A program made the position numbers and the translations under genes. A DNA stretch of 64,000 nt from Squalus acanthias (taxonomy: Eukaryota). The DNA is taken from contig CM059433.1 in the NCBI GenBank assembly GCA_030390025.1, positions 3,286,001 to 3,350,000 on the forward strand, in the 5' to 3' direction. This document shows, one piece after another, positions 1 to 13,238 of the stretch (the stretch's first letter is position 1; every line of letters begins with the position of its first letter). The notes beneath the pieces were generated by a model. It ran no database searches. It worked only from the letters and a program-made list of their open reading frames with translations, and had not been told where the DNA came from.

Positions 1-229
1 ATGTGCCTGCTGCCCTTGTCCTTCTAGGTGGAAGAGGTCGCGGGTTTGGGAGGTGCTGCTGAAGAAGCCTTGACGAGTTGCTGCATTGCATCTTGTAGAT
101 GGTACACACTGCAGCCACGGTGCGCCGGTGGTGGAGGGAGTGAATGTTTAAGGTGGTGGATGGGGTGCCAATCAAGTGGGCTGCTTTGCCCTGGATGGTG
201 TCGAGCTTCTTGAGTGTTGTTGGAGCTGC
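1..229 (-). mobile_element. CR1/L2-group LINE fragment (RT C-terminal region), same family as 41686-42090 and 47535-48002
   Basis: Near-identical to 41940-42090 joined to 47537-47602. The minus strand encodes APTTLKKLDTIQ..HHRRTVAAVCTIYKMQCSNS-type non-LTR RT C-terminus. Confidence 0.8.
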
Positions 230-1184
230 TGAATTCTGGGAAAGAGTAACAGAGGCTGAAAGGGATCCAGAGGAAATCAGGCTAGCAGGATGAGACTATT
301 AAAATGTTTAGTTTGAAAGGTGGGAGAAGCTAAATTGAGTTGGTTAGGTAACTGAAAACAATAGTGCAATTCTCTTATTAATGTGAGAAGTGTTAACAGA
401 TAGACAGCACATGTCATAACAAAATCCCATCAAGCCTAGCTGTACAGAATAATGAAAATGATCCAATTTCTACAAGCTATTGTAGTGCAATAGAATAGGG
501 GGCTAATGTTGCATGAATGTTACATCTCTACTGTTTTGTTTTACTTTTAACTAGAAATGAATGGGGTGAAGCCATTGTCAATGTAGCTAATTACAGACTA
601 GTAAATACTGTTAAGCGCAGAACCTTAAGACCGGGATTGTGTGTTACAAGTGATCGGAAAGAGCTGGAAAGTTTTTGGTGCAAAGTGTTTCATTTCAATT
701 TGGTTATGGAAGAAGGATGCAGCATTGAGATAAATGTGCCTTACAATGACTCACACATATACCTGTATACTGGGAACCATATCATTTTTGGATGATTGTG
801 ACATTTTACAAATGAAACAGCAGTTTCTACAGCTAAATGGAAATGTCAATTGAAAGCATTTGAATTTTCTCACATTTTAAACAGAATACTTTTTGTGAGG
901 AAACCAATTTATTTCATGACGGTTTGATTATATTTCTAGTGAATCTATTAAAATTGTCCCAGATACTTATTTTCTTCAGTAACCAAAAGTTGATTAAATT
1001 CTGCTGTGAAATGTTTTCATCCATGTTGTGCCAAGCAACAATAACATCATTTTAAATGCTTGTTAAATACCGCATAGCTAATGTGAGCTGTCCTTGAAAG
1101 CCACTGAAAATAGAAGATAAATAGATTCAATTAGAGTTGTGCATGGAGCCAGCCTTGGCTGCTTTGAAGTCTGTGCATGCATTT

Positions 1185-1239
1185 TAAGAACATCAGAACA
1201 TAAGAAATAGGAGCAGGAGTCGGCCACTTGGCCCCTCGA
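1185..1239 (-). mobile_element. CR1 3'-tail-only fragment
   Basis: AAGAACATAAGAAATAGGAGCAGGAGTCGGCCACTTGGCCCCTCGA-type sequence duplicates the 3' tail of the CR1 at 1569-1620. Confidence 0.75.
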
Positions 1240-1568
1240 ACCAATCATTCATTGGGGAGTAGAATGGAGCTGTGTATTTTGCACTTGTTATTCCAGGAGA
1301 CGCACAGTCCAAATCTGACACATCAACTTGGGACAAAATTGTTTTGGTAAGTGCCTGTTTCCTTGATAAACTGACAGTGCTCAATTTGTCTCGAAACAAG
1401 CACTTGGCAAACACAGATTGCCGTGTCAGTCCTGGCTCCTTTATCCTTCAGTCGGTGTCCCTTTTTTGTGCCACTAACATGACCTGATACCTGACTGTCT
1501 TGCATCCACGGTTCACCGCCATGTCCCACTCCCTCGAATTACCACCACCTTTAGCTCTGCCTGGCTAT

Positions 1569-4500
1569 CATAAGAACATAAGAAATAGGAGCAGCAATAG
1601 GCCACTTGGCCCCTCGAGCCTGCTCTGCCATTCAATAAGATCATGGCTGATCTTGGGCTCAAAGCCACTTCCCTGCCCGCTCCCCATAACCCTTCACTCC
1701 CTCATCTTGCAAAAATCTGTCTATCTCCACTTTAAATGTATTTAATGACCCAGCCTCCACGGCTCTCTGGGGCAGAGAATTCCACAGATTTACGACCCTC
1801 TGAGAGAAGAAATTCCTCCTCATCTCAGTTCTGAAAGGGCAACCCTTTATTCTGAAGCTATGCCCCCGAGTTCTAGATTTCCCCACGAGGGGAAACATCC
1901 TCTCTGCATCGACCTTGTCGAGCCCCCTCAGTATCTTATATGTTTCAATAAGATCCCTTCTCATTCTTCTAAACTCCAATGAGTATAGGCCCAACCTGCT
2001 CAACCTTTCCTCATAAGTCAAACCCCTCATCTCTGGAATTAACCTAGTGAATTGTCTCTGAACTGCCTCCAATGCAAGTATATCCTTCCTTAAATAAGGA
2101 GACCAAAACTGTACGCAGTACTCAAGGTGTGGTCTCACCAATACCCTGTACAGTTGTAGCAGGACTTCCCTGCTTTTATACTCCAACCCCTTTGAAATAA
2201 AGGCCAACATTCCATTTGCCTTTTTGATTACTTGCTGTACCTGCATGCTAACTTTTTGTGTTTCATGCACAAGGACCCCAGGTCCCTCTGAACTGTAGCA
2301 TTTTGTAATCTCTCTCCATTTAAATAATAATTTGCTTTTTTATTTTTCCTGACAAAGTGCATAACATCACACTTTCCCACATTCTATTCCATCTGCCAAA
2401 TGTTTGCCCACTCACTTAGCCTGTCTATATCCCTTTGCAGGTTCTTTGAGTCCTCTGCACAACTTGCTTTCCCACCCATCTTTGTATCATCCGCAAACTT
2501 GGCTACATTATACTCGGTCCCTTCATCCAAGTCGTTAATGTAGATTGTAAATAGTTGGGGCCCCAGCACCGATCCCTGTGGCAGCCCACTAGTTACCAAT
2601 CAATTGTCAACTGGAAAATGACCCATTTATCCCGACTCTCTGCTTTCTGTTAGTTAGCCAATTCTCTATCCATGCTAATATATTACCCCCAATTCCGTTA
2701 GCTCTTATCTTATGCAGTAACCTTTTATGTGGCACCTTATCGAATCCCTTCTGGAAATCCAAATACACCACATCCACTGGTTCACCTTTGTCCACCCTGC
2801 TCGTTACCTCCTCAAAGTACTCCAGCAAGTTTGTTAAACATGATTTCCCTTTCATAAAACCATGCTGACTCTGCTTGACTGCATTATGATTTTCCAAATG
2901 CCCTGCTACTGCTTCCTTAATGAAGGACTCCAGCATTTTCCCAACGACAGATGTTAGGCTAACTGGTCTATAGTTTCCTGCTTTCTGTCTCCCTCCTTTC
3001 TTAAATAGGGGTGTTACATTTGCGGTTTTCCAATCTGTTGGGACCTCTCCAGAGTCCAGGGAATTTTGGTATATTGCAACCAATGCATCCACTAACTCTG
3101 CAGCCACTTCTTTTAAGACCCTGGGATGCAGGCTATCTGGTCCAGGGGACTTGTCATCTTTTAGTCCCATTATTTTACCAAGTACTATTTCCTCAGTGAT
3201 AGTGATTGTCTTTAGTCCCCCCTCCCTGTGGCCCCTTGATTATCCATTATTGGGATGTTGTTAGTGTCTTCTACCATGAAGACAGATGCAAAATATTTGT
3301 TCAGAGTCTCTGCCATTTCCCCGTTCCCCATTATTAATTCCGCAGTCTCATCCTCTAAGGGACCAACGTTTACTTTAGCTACCCTCTTCCTTTTTATATA
3401 CCTGTAGAAGCTCTTACTATCTGTTTTAATGTTTCTTGCCAGTTTACTCTCATAATTCATCTTCTCTCTCTTTATTTTTTTTTAGTCATCCTTTGCTGGT
3501 TTTAAAAAATTTCCCAATCCTCTGGTCTCCCACCAATCTTGGCAACATTGTATGCCTTCGTTTTCAATTTGATACCATCCTTTACTTCCTTAGTTAGCCA
3601 CGGATGGTGCTCCCTTCTCTTAAAATCTTTCTTTCTCACTGGAATATATTTTTGTTGAGACTTATGAAATATCTCCTTAAATGTCCGCCACTGCATTTCA
3701 ACTGTCTTAACCTTTACTTTATTTTTCCAGTCCACTTTAGCCAGTTCTGCCCTCATGCCACTGTAATTGCCTTTGTTTAAGATCAGGACACTGGTTTGAG
3801 ATACAGCTTTCTCACCTTCCAACTGAATTTGACATTCAACCATGCTATGATCACTCTTTCCTAGAGGATCCTTTACTATGAGATCATTTATTAATTCTGT
3901 CTCATTACACAGTACCAGATCCAAGATAGCCTGCTCCCTGGTTGGTTCCATTATGTACTGTTCTAGGAAACCATCCCGGATGTACTCTATGAACTCCTCC
4001 TCAAGGCTACCATGGCCAATTTGATTTGTCCAATCAATATGGAGATTAAAATCACCCACGATTATTACCGTACCTTTTTTACAGGCCTCCATTATTTGTT
4101 GATTTATACTCTGTCCAACAGTATTGCTACTGTTCGGGGGCCTGTAGACTACGCTCACCAGAGACTTTTTCCCTTTATTAATTTTTATCTCCACCCAAAC
4201 CGATTCTACATCTTGATCTTCTGAGCCAATATCACTTCTCACCACTGCACTGATCCCATCCTTCACCAACAAAGCCACCCCACCTCCCTTTCCTTTCTGT
4301 CTGTCCTTCCGAATTGTCAAATACCCTGGAATATTCAGTTCCCAGCCCTGATCACCTTGCAACCATGTCTCTGTAATGGCGATGAGATCATACCCATTTG
4401 TGTCTATTTGTGCTGTCAACTTGTCTATCTTGTTACGAATGCTGTGTGCATTCAGATATGGAGCTTTTAAATTTGTCTTTTTACCATTTCTCCTTGTTTT

Positions 4501-5117
4501 GGCCCCATTTTCTGTTGCACTCTTATTTTTAAATATTCTGTCCCTTCCTGTCACACTCTGGTTATTATTTCCCCCATCTCTATCCTGCTCTATTGCTTTC
4601 TCATTTCTCATTGACTTTTTAAATTCCCGCTCACCTGGATCCTCCTCCCCACTATTTAGTTTAAAGCCCTCTCTACAGCCCTAGTTATTCGATTCTCCAG
4701 GACTCTAGCCCCAGTATGGTTCAAGTGAAGCCCGTCCAAACGGAACAGCTCCCTCGTATTCCAGTACTGGTGCCAGTGCCCCACAAATCGAAACCCATTT
4801 CTCCCACACCAGTCTTTGAGCCACTCGTTCATTTCTCTGATCTTATTGACCCTATGCAAATTCACTCGTGGCTCAGATAGTAATCAGAGATTATTACCTT
4901 TGTGGTTCTGCTTTTTAATTTAGCCCTTAGCTGCTCATACTCTCTCAGCAGAACCTCTTTCTTTGTCCTACCTATGTCATTGGTGCCTATGTGGACCATG
5001 ACAACTGGATCCTCCCCCTCCCACTCCAGGTTTCTCTCCAGCCCAAAGGAGATGTCCTTAACCCTGGCACCGGGCAGGCAACACAGCCTTCGGGACTCAC
5101 GCTCTTGGCTGCAACAC
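1569..5117 (-). mobile_element. CR1 LINE, 5'-truncated: ORF1 SGNH-esterase remnant plus frameshifted ORF2 (APE endonuclease + RT)
   Basis: ORF pieces carry CCLPGARVKDIS/VHIGTNDIG/DGLHLN (ORF1), YLNAHSIRNK/ITETWL/VYRPPN/GDFN/SDH (APE) and [37 protein letters not shown] (RT). Ends in a (TTCTTATG)n tail. Confidence 0.95.
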
Positions 5118-5804
5118 TTGGACACATATTGACCCCAAATCAATTTGGGCCACATGTACGTCTGTAATTTACTCCTGACCATCCATTATTTTCTCTCATT
5201 ATCTAGAAAAGCATTAATTTAAGCAATAAATTGTGAGCTCTCTCACTTTGGCAACCTTTCAGAGAGCAGCTTCTTTATCTGGTCACAGATCAGGCACGAT
5301 TTATTCTTTCTGTTTCTTTCAGTCAGGCTGCTCATCTGCTGCTCTCAGAGGAGAATGTCTCTCACTCCAAAAAGGAATAATTTCCTGTTATGATTTTCCT
5401 ATCGTTCTTTTTTTTTTCCTATCATGCTATTTCCACCTCTGCCGCGCCTTTCTGTAATGCTTTTCTGTCTTGCTTAAGCTGGCTATTTCTGACCCTATTT
5501 CTCTGATTGATTGATTCTAACAGGATCCTGGTCCTCGTACCCTGACTCCAAGTGCTGCCTCAAGCCCTCTGGTCCTCTCAACTCCTTCCAGAATCTTCTC
5601 CATCTGTTAGGCTTTCTTTTAAACATTTTTATACTTTCTTTTGCCTTCCGTTTAAAAAAATGTTATCCTATACTTGAAAAACAGCCCCGTTCTCCTTCGC
5701 TCTTTATTCAAATTTCAATATTGGCTCGGCCGCTATCCTCTGCAAACTTCTTTTTCAACTTTGAAGGTGGCCTCAGTCCCACATGTCCCACATCCTCTTT
5801 TACA

Positions 5805-5986
5805 AAAATGAGAAGTCGCACAACACCAGGTTATAGTCCAACAGTTTTATTTGAAATTACGAGCTTTCGGAGCGCTGCTGCCTTCGTCAGGTACAGCGGC
5901 AAATAAAACTGTTGGACTATAACCTGGTGTTGTGCGACTTCTCATTTTTGTCCACCCCAGTCCAACACCGGCATCTCCGCATCACG
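5805..5986. mobile_element. Penelope-like element 3'-end insertion with inverted pseudo-LTR arms and short tail
   Basis: Inverted arms (AAAATGAGAAGTCGCACAACACCAGGTTATAGTCCAACAGTTTTATTTG and its complement). 13-bp TSD ATCCTCTTTTACA at 5792-5804 and 5987-5999. Same sequence follows a GIY-YIG C-terminus at 36421-36867. Confidence 0.85.
5858..5893 (-). ncRNA. Minimal type I hammerhead ribozyme (Penelope-type)
   Basis: Minus strand reads tac-CTGACGA-a-gg(c)agc-agc-gctcc-GAAA-gct-c-gta: CUGANGA/GAAA core, stem II, palindromic AGCT, stem I tac/gta. Confidence 0.7.
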
Positions 5987-7113
5987 ATCCTCTTTTACAG
6001 TTTTAGTCGCGGCCACAGCCCCGCCCACATTTTCTGACACCTTCTTCGGTAACGGTGACCCAGAACCTCTGAACATGCCTTCCAACTGGCACTGAACTTA
6101 GAAAGCAGCAGCTACCACCCTGCTCTCCCCCTCCCACCTTCTCCTTGGCTCTGAGCCGGGAATTGACTCAAGTGCTCAGTACGCTCTTACTCTATTTCCC
6201 AACGACGCTCTCACTCAAATACACGAAAACCAGATTAAGTGCTTCATCAGTCTAAAAAACAATTCCTGCTTCAGTGCGAAGAAACTGGGGACAAACCGGG
6301 AGGAAGATGCCACAGCAGCGCTTGTCACTTTTTACGATATTTGTTGGCCTGAAGTTGTTCTCCATTTTCTTCTCTAGACTCAGCTTCAAAACAACACGTC
6401 AAATGAAGATTTAAAACGTGAAATAGCACATCTCTCAACTTCCCATGAGCAAGGCTGCAGGAGATCTCCGAGTATTACAAATATAGTTGCAAGGTATTAT
6501 ACAAGGCTAGGAATCATTTGTAATACAGGCTTATCTATAGAGGGTAAAGATAAAAGGGCAAGTTTTGCAAGGAAGTCAGGAATTCTGTGAATCAAGCTCA
6601 CTGGTCTCCACCCCTGATTCTCCAATCCATCAAGTGAGGCTTTGCACTGAGAGCCCAGCCTTGTAAAATTTACCATATCAACCTAGCATAAGATACAAAA
6701 TTCATAAAGCAGAACAATACAAAAATTTCATGTCAAATGTGCTTACATCATCATTTTTTGCTGTTTACTGAGAGATCATTTATGTATATTTGGAAAAACA
6801 TGTGAAGATACACGCACTAACCTCTATAGAACACAACTCTTCTTGCACAAGAGGAGCTGACATCTCGGTTCTGCACTTTTGAGTTCAGTAATAGAGATGC
6901 AACGCCCTCAGAGACAGAGCGCTTGATGAGATTCTGAATTGCAGCATTAACAGCTTTCTGAAAATCAAGAAAAGCCATGCCAATATACAAGAATCCATCC
7001 ATAATTTTAGAAATGGAATCAACAACATAAAATGCTGTGTTTTCTTAAAACCTGTTGCATCTCTAGCTTTTTCCAGTTCTGATGAAAGGTCATCGAGCTG
7101 AATTGTTAACTTT

Positions 7114-8442
7114 GGCCGGAATTTTCCGGGGTGGTTGTGGATGCGATCGGAGGCGGGCCGGGTGGGAAAGTTGATATTTTTGGGAGTGGGTCAGGAACCC
7201 GCCGTCATCCCGCCCCCACGCGCCTTTCGCTCGGGCGCATTTGCCGGTGCGGCAGCGAACCGACCGGCAGAGGCGGGCAACCTAATTGAAATCATTATAA
7301 CTTTGTTTTCCGACAGTTAAGAGCCTTTCTTTCCCCAACATTTTAAATTTCCCTGCATGGCCACGGGAACCACGCTGTTCGGAGACCACGCTGTCAATCT
7401 GAGGTGGGAGTTCAGTGGCCATTGCTCCAGCTGATTAGTTGACAGCATCAAATGCACAGTAAAAGCTCCCACCTGACAGATGGTCACTTTCCTCAGGCAG
7501 AAGCTGTTGCTCAGTCCATTCCCAGCACAGATTCTGCAGGCTGCAAGTCTTTCCAGCAAAGTCTCCATCCAGTCTCACCTCATTGGAAGAACCTCTCTCA
7601 CCATTGACAGATTGCTTCTGTCATCTGTACTTCACCTGCCATCTAGTCCATCAACATGGGTGCCGTTTATACTGTCTCACCTTGGTCCTCAGAATCGGAC
7701 AACAATGAGCCCCAACACCAGCAGCACCAGGCACACCAGCAGCACCAATAACAATACCAACCTTCTCCGCAATCACCTGATGCTGCACAGGACACAGGAC
7801 ATCAGCACTCGAGTACATTGCTGCCTGGGAGGCCAGGGATGGCTTCATCATGGCCAGATTTAGTTAACTTTACACTGTACACCCATATGGCTGCCACATG
7901 ATGCACCAGGTTGGCACCACCCCACAACAACACCATAAAGCGTCCCTACAATGACCAAGCCATCCTTTCACACTCCCCACCATTGCTGGAGGTACCGTTA
8001 TGTCTCACCATTCACTGCAACTCACAAAGGCACTTCCAAAAGTGCACACAAATCTGTCCAAGACCAGAAAGTGTTGAAAATAAAGATTTTTATGTTTGAC
8101 AGCACATTAATGTAAACTTTACATAAACATTGGACAAATCACCCAAGTGGCTACCCTTGTGAATCTACCTGTGTGTCATCTTTCTCTTCCACGTGCTTCT
8201 ACGAGGTGCTAGCCCTGTGGCGTCAGCAGAGATAGAGGCAGCCTGCTCACTTCCCTGCTGCCAAGGAGCTGGAGAGCATCTTGCTGCACATCAGTGGGGC
8301 CATGAGGACCCACGTCTACGCTGACATCCCTCCTAGAGAGGTCTATGAGCCTCTGCCATCTATTCTCCATAGAGACAATGTGCTCCTGTGAGTGGTGCAT
8401 TAGCTGCTCCATGTAGGTGGCCATCCTATCCATGGAGGAGCC
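7114..8442. mobile_element. Harbinger/PIF deletion derivative, left part, interrupted by the LTR
   Basis: Starts with TIR-like GGCCGGAATTTTCC and a GC-rich subterminal region. Decayed MGAVYT.. low-complexity N-terminus at about 7657 resembles the transposase N-terminus at 19361. Opposite-strand remnant at 8200-8440 resembles the Myb-gene 3' end. Confidence 0.5.
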
Positions 8443-9712
8443 TGTAGGATCGATTCCTCCCCCCCAACGGTAAAAATATTGGACTATGAAATATAAAAAC
8501 CCAGAACTGCAGAGCCCGCATAAAGGGCTCGGCAATAAAGGGTTAATTCAAACATTGCAGCCAAAAGTACGACTGGATCACAGACAATCTAAAATCTGAA
8601 CAAGAACATTCGCATATTCATGTAACTTAAGGGGATACCACCTTAGACCATGGCCCCCGAATAACTAGTTTCAGTACAGGCCTAGACAATGGGCCGGGCC
8701 TTGAACCTTTTGAATATGAATGCTAACAGAAATCAACAACTTTGCATATGCAGTCACTTTGGGAAGGTTACATTGTCAGAAAGGAATCTCTAATCAATGA
8801 ACAATACGAGGGACATTAGCCATCAAGAGTTCTCTGCTAGAGACAACTCACACATTTTGATATGGTCATCGCATGCTCAGGAGGGGGCCAGGAAATGTGT
8901 TTCAAGATTGCAAGTTGGTTTTGGTTTAAAGTAAGATCACTTCGAAGACAGTGGTGTGGGAAGCCGACGGCAGAACAGCGAACAGAAAGATTCGGGCCTA
9001 CAATCAACTCCAAGAGACAGCCGATCGGGAGTGGTGATTGTATGTTTTGTCAAATCATAGAGGGGGCTTTTATGATTGAGTCTGAGTAAGTTTGTGAGTT
9101 TCAGTCAGATCACAATAAGGGTTTTGTGATTGAGTGTGGGGCAACACGGTGGCATCGTGGTTAGCACTGTTGCCTCACAGCGCCAGGGACCCGGGTTCGA
9201 ATCCGGACCTCGGGTGACTGTCTGTGTGGAGTTTGCACATTCTCCCCGTGTCTGCGTGGGTTTCCTCCGGGTGCTCCGGTTTCCTCCCACAGTCCAAAGA
9301 TGTGCGGGTTAGGTTGATTTGGCTATGATAAATTGACCCTTAGTGTTAGGGGGATTAAATACGTGGGGTTACGGGGATAGGGTGGGATATGTGTCGGTGC
9401 AGGCTCGATGGGCCGTGGGGATTCTGTGATTCTGTGAACTTTATATGTAACAGTCAAATCGCGGATGGGTTTAACTGTGTCATATTGTGTCGATGCAAAT
9501 GACCCTTGCGTAGGGGTTTGTATTTTGGGGTTGTTAGCCTGATATAAATCGTAGGGATTTATACTGGGGAAGTAATTGTGTGTGTGTGTTCAATAAACCA
9601 ATGAATCAAAGGTTGAGCCAAAACCTTGTGCCGTGTGTATTTTGTTCTTATAAATCCTGATGACCAAGAACTATGTGTAACGGGGGACCAATATTGGAGA
9701 AAACCCCTTACA
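8443..9712 (+). mobile_element. 5' LTR of an LTR retroelement/ERV-like element, containing an HE1 SINE
   Basis: Begins TGTAGG and ends CCTTACA, with imperfect terminal inverted similarity including AATATTGG near both ends. AATAAA at 9592-9597. Followed after 5 nt by a PBS. Confidence 0.75.
9138..9437 (+). mobile_element. HE1-type V-SINE (tRNA-derived)
   Basis: A/B-box head GGTGGCATCGTGGTTAGC..GGGTTCGAATCC, V-domain GTGTGGAGTTTGCACATTCTCCCCGTG..GGTTTCCTCCCAC, and CR1-type (ATTCTGTG)n tail. Confidence 0.9.
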
Positions 9713-9717
9713 GGATC

Positions 9718-9735
9718 TGGCGACCGCGGCAGGAC
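9718..9735 (+). promoter_or_regulatory. Primer-binding site, tRNA-Arg
   Basis: TGGCGACCGCGGCAGGAC is the reverse complement of the 3' 18 nt (..GTCCTGCCGCGGTCG-CCA) of vertebrate tRNA-Arg(UCG) as I recall it. It lies just after the LTR-terminal CA. Confidence 0.85.
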
Positions 9736-9756
9736 GTCAAGATTTAGAACAAAATT

Positions 9757-10581
9757 ATGGACAGGGTTAAGTGCAAGAAACCCGTGATGGAGGATAGGAT
9801 ATCCTCATATGTGTTTGGGAAAGTAAACATTTCCGAGCACTGGGTGTGGGAAATGTTACACTCTGACAGTCCGTATGAGAAAGCGGTAACGTGGACGTGT
9901 AGTAGTATGCATAAGAAATCGAAGGAAAAGGCGATTTGGCTAATATGTATGCAGAAGCAAATTCAGATGCTCACGGAAAAAATTGAGAGTTTAGGAAAAG
10001 AGAAACAGGAATCAGAAAGTAGGGCAGGAGAGAGAGAGGCCGGAGTGAACCAGCTGACAGAAGATTTGAGCTTTGAAAGGCCGGAGAGAAAAGCGTGGGA
10101 AGAAACAGCTAGAAACACGTTAGAGTATCTGTAATGTCAGGTCACCGAAAGTAGAAGGCAGTGTCAGGCTCTGCGTGAGGAAGGTAATAGGAACTCAGAG
10201 AGAGCTGACAAGGCTGAGGAGCAGATAAAAGATATAAAGGTGGCATACAGGGTATCCAAAAACCAGGTACATGAAGAGGGCGATCACAGGCCCTGTAATG
10301 AAAAAATCCATAAGTTGACCCTAGCATTATCCAGGGACAGGGGTATGGTTTGTCTCATGGCACCAGGGGAGGTTGGGGTAGACAGGAATGAGGAGGAAAA
10401 GGAGCCCGATGATGGGATCCAGTATAGAGAGGTTCGACCGGCTCCCGAAGCACAGGGACCACCGGGACCGATGTTTCCCCTGCGACAGCAAAAGTTTGGT
10501 CCACCCCCACAAGGCGGCGGTCAGGGGCCGTGGCAGAGTGATTATGTGCTTCCCTATACATCCCTTCAGTCCCTATCATAA
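9757..10581 (+). pseudogene. gag-like ORF with coiled-coil N-terminus and Pro/Gly-rich region; one in-frame stop, 3'-truncated
   Basis: ORFs 9757-10134 and 10240-10581 share a frame and are separated by a single TAA (10132-10134); the linker CQVTESRRQ..IKDIKV is open. ATG lies 21 nt after the PBS. Gag identity is inferred from position. Confidence 0.65.
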
Positions 10582-10596
10582 GAATTTAGATTCATA

Positions 10597-11295
10597 GGGC
10601 TAGAAATTCGGTGCATTTGCGCCTCCCGTTAGCACCTCCGGGGGGTGTTATCGGGGCGCAGACGACTTTTCGCCCGGGTGCGGCACCGCTAATGACTCCC
10701 GCTAAATGCAGCGGGAGTTTACCGGTAGCGGTAACCAGTGACACTCCGCTCGGCTGCGCAGGCGATGACGACGTCATCACTAGATGCAGCGCCCTGTTTA
10801 CCCCGCGCCTCCTGAATCTGCGCCGGGCGATGACAGCGACTGATTCAGGGGGCAGGAACGGAGCGGCAGGAGGCTCGCGGATGCTCAGTAAAGGGGAGGT
10901 GACGGGCGGAGAAAAAAAATCGGCCGACTTACCTGTCGCGGCCCGTTACGTCTTTGAACGCGATGTCCGTGCGGCGATCTGGCAGCCCGGCAATCCTCTT
11001 GTGTGCCGGGCTGCTGGCACGGCACCCCGCTCCCCGGTGGGCCAGGTAGGGCCCCTCAGAGTTGTGGGCTTGGGCGCTCCCCTTTAATGAGGGGAAGAGC
11101 CCTTCCATGTGGCAGCGTTATGTGACCCAGTGCGCAGCGCTGCAGAACGCACCGCCCCGTGAATTAGCTCCATCCCCCTCTTGGGGCGCTAAAACTGGAG
11201 TTACCGATCGCCGGCGCTATTTTTTGCCGGGCGCTAAATTTAGCATCCAGGCGATGTTAGCGACCCAGAATGGTCGCAAACGAATTTTTCCCCAC
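10597..11295. mobile_element. Non-autonomous Harbinger-type TIR element (MITE family A)
   Basis: Ends GGGCTAGAAATTCG / CGAATTTTTCCCC, probable TSD ATA. Internally homologous to 61364-62114 and to the left end of 15937-16829. Confidence 0.8.
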
Positions 11296-11788
11296 ATAGA
11301 ATCATAGAACAGTACAGCACAGAAGGAGGCCATTCGGCCCATCGAGTCTGCGCCGGCTCTTTCGACGCGCAATCCAGTTAGTCCCAACTCTCCCCACCTC
11401 TTTCCCCATATCCCTGTAATTTTTTCTCCTTCAAGTATTCATCCAATTCCCTTTTGAAGGCTGCTATTGAATCTGTATCCACCGCCCCATCAGGCAGCGC
11501 GTTCCAAATCCTAACCACTCACTGTGTAAAAATATTTTTCCTCGTGTCGCCTCTAGTTCTTTTGTCAATCACCTTAAATCTGGGCCCTCTGCTTATCGAC
11601 CCTTCAGCCACTGGAAACAGTTTCTCTTTATTTACTCTATCTAAACCCTTCATGATTTTAAACACCTCTATCAAATCTCCTCTTACCCTTCTCTGCTCTA
11701 CGGAGAACAACCCCAGCTTCTCCAGTCTATCCACGTAACTGTAATCCCTCATCCCTGGGACCATTCTAGTAAATCTCTTCTGCACCCT
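11296..11788 (-). mobile_element. CR1 3' fragment (tail continues at about 10577-10596)
   Basis: RVQKRFTRMVPGMRDYSYVDRLEKLGLFS..RGDLIEVFKIMKG and a (TTCTATGA)n tail. Confidence 0.9.
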
Positions 11789-13238
11789 GACAAAATTGAC
11801 AATGAGTAGCTTTTTAATGATGTTATCAGCAATTGCTAAAATGGATCTCGGCCCGTGATTACTGGGGTCACTGCACAAACCAACTTTATAAAATATAATA
11901 ACACAGAAAGATTCCCGCTCCTAGGTAACCTTTCTAAAATTGAAACTTAAATTACTACTGTAATTAGACAAATGGGAAATCTATGCAGAAGAGATCTCGA
12001 TACCAAGAAAGTCTAATTCTGTAGATTTACGGAACTTCAGGGAGAATATTTAGCTATTTATTAATCTGCAGTTATTATTTATTCAATCGTTAGTTGTTTA
12101 CAAAATTAAGTTAATCGAAAGATAAGACTGTCTAATTCTTAATACCATAGCCAAACACTTTAGGCCAATGTATCTGCGATGGAAGATATCCCTCACCTTA
12201 AAATATGGATAGAAATACAACTTATTTATATGAAAGATTCTGCTTCAAATTAAAACAACACCTGAAGCTAAATGAACACTTTTCAAAATTTGACAGTTAA
12301 AGGGTTTGAATTTATGCTCTAAGATCTATTGTTAAAACTATCTTATTCTACTGAGGCGAAATATACCATTGGACGACGTCACAAATTGTAAAAAGAAATA
12401 CCAAGGCATGAACAAAATAGTCAGATTGTAACAGGCGAATGGAATAATTCACCTAAGAGCAGGGTGAATGTGGTGGTGACATTCTATGGTACCTGTATAA
12501 ATTAAAGATTTTAAATGTCTCAGATTATAGCTTTAATAACGCATCCACAAATCCTCAGATTTTAAAAGTCTGCTTTTATTCACTTAGCTTAGGAATTCAT
12601 ATTAGGCATGCATAGGGTGGCAGTTTTCTTAAGCATCTTAAAATCCGTTGTGACACGGCAAGAAATTGTGCAAGGCACAGTTTAAATTGAGAGCATTCAT
12701 GCAGCCAGTTTTTAGATCAATTGCTCAGTACCCACGGACCAAGTTGTGAGCTTCGTTCAAATCTACCTCAGTAACAGCTGCAGCTTTTAAATAATACAAC
12801 AGCCAAGTAGATTTCATCGAACCCTTTGCAAGAGAAAGTTAGGGATCCAACTATCACAGTAGTCTATTTCCCCTCGGCACTTAGGTCCAAGAATGGAGAG
12901 CATCAGGTTGACGAATGTTACGCCATTGATTTTGAGATGACAACACCCTTTAATATTTGATGTTCTACCTTTGCTTTTTAGAGATTTGACCATCATGAGC
13001 AACAATTCATGAAGGACAAACACTGCAGGGAGTCCCTGATCAGCAGCCAGCCCATTGACACTCTTCTCATATCATGCCTGGTCAAGGAAAAGTGATTGGC
13101 GTTTATGGCTTAGTAAGAATAGTGAATTTAAGCATATAAATAGAAGTAACCTTGGTTACCAAAGGTATTTACTGGATGTGGATTCCAGATAAAATAGGCA
13201 TGCTCTGATATTGAATAATGCGTTGGATTAGATACAGT

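Noticed and set aside
7072..7111. Fourth hammerhead (CTGATGAAAGGTCATCGAGCTGAATTGTTAAC)
   Set aside because: It resembles another Penelope-type motif, but GAAA is mutated to GAAT and stem II is mismatched. At best a dead relic.
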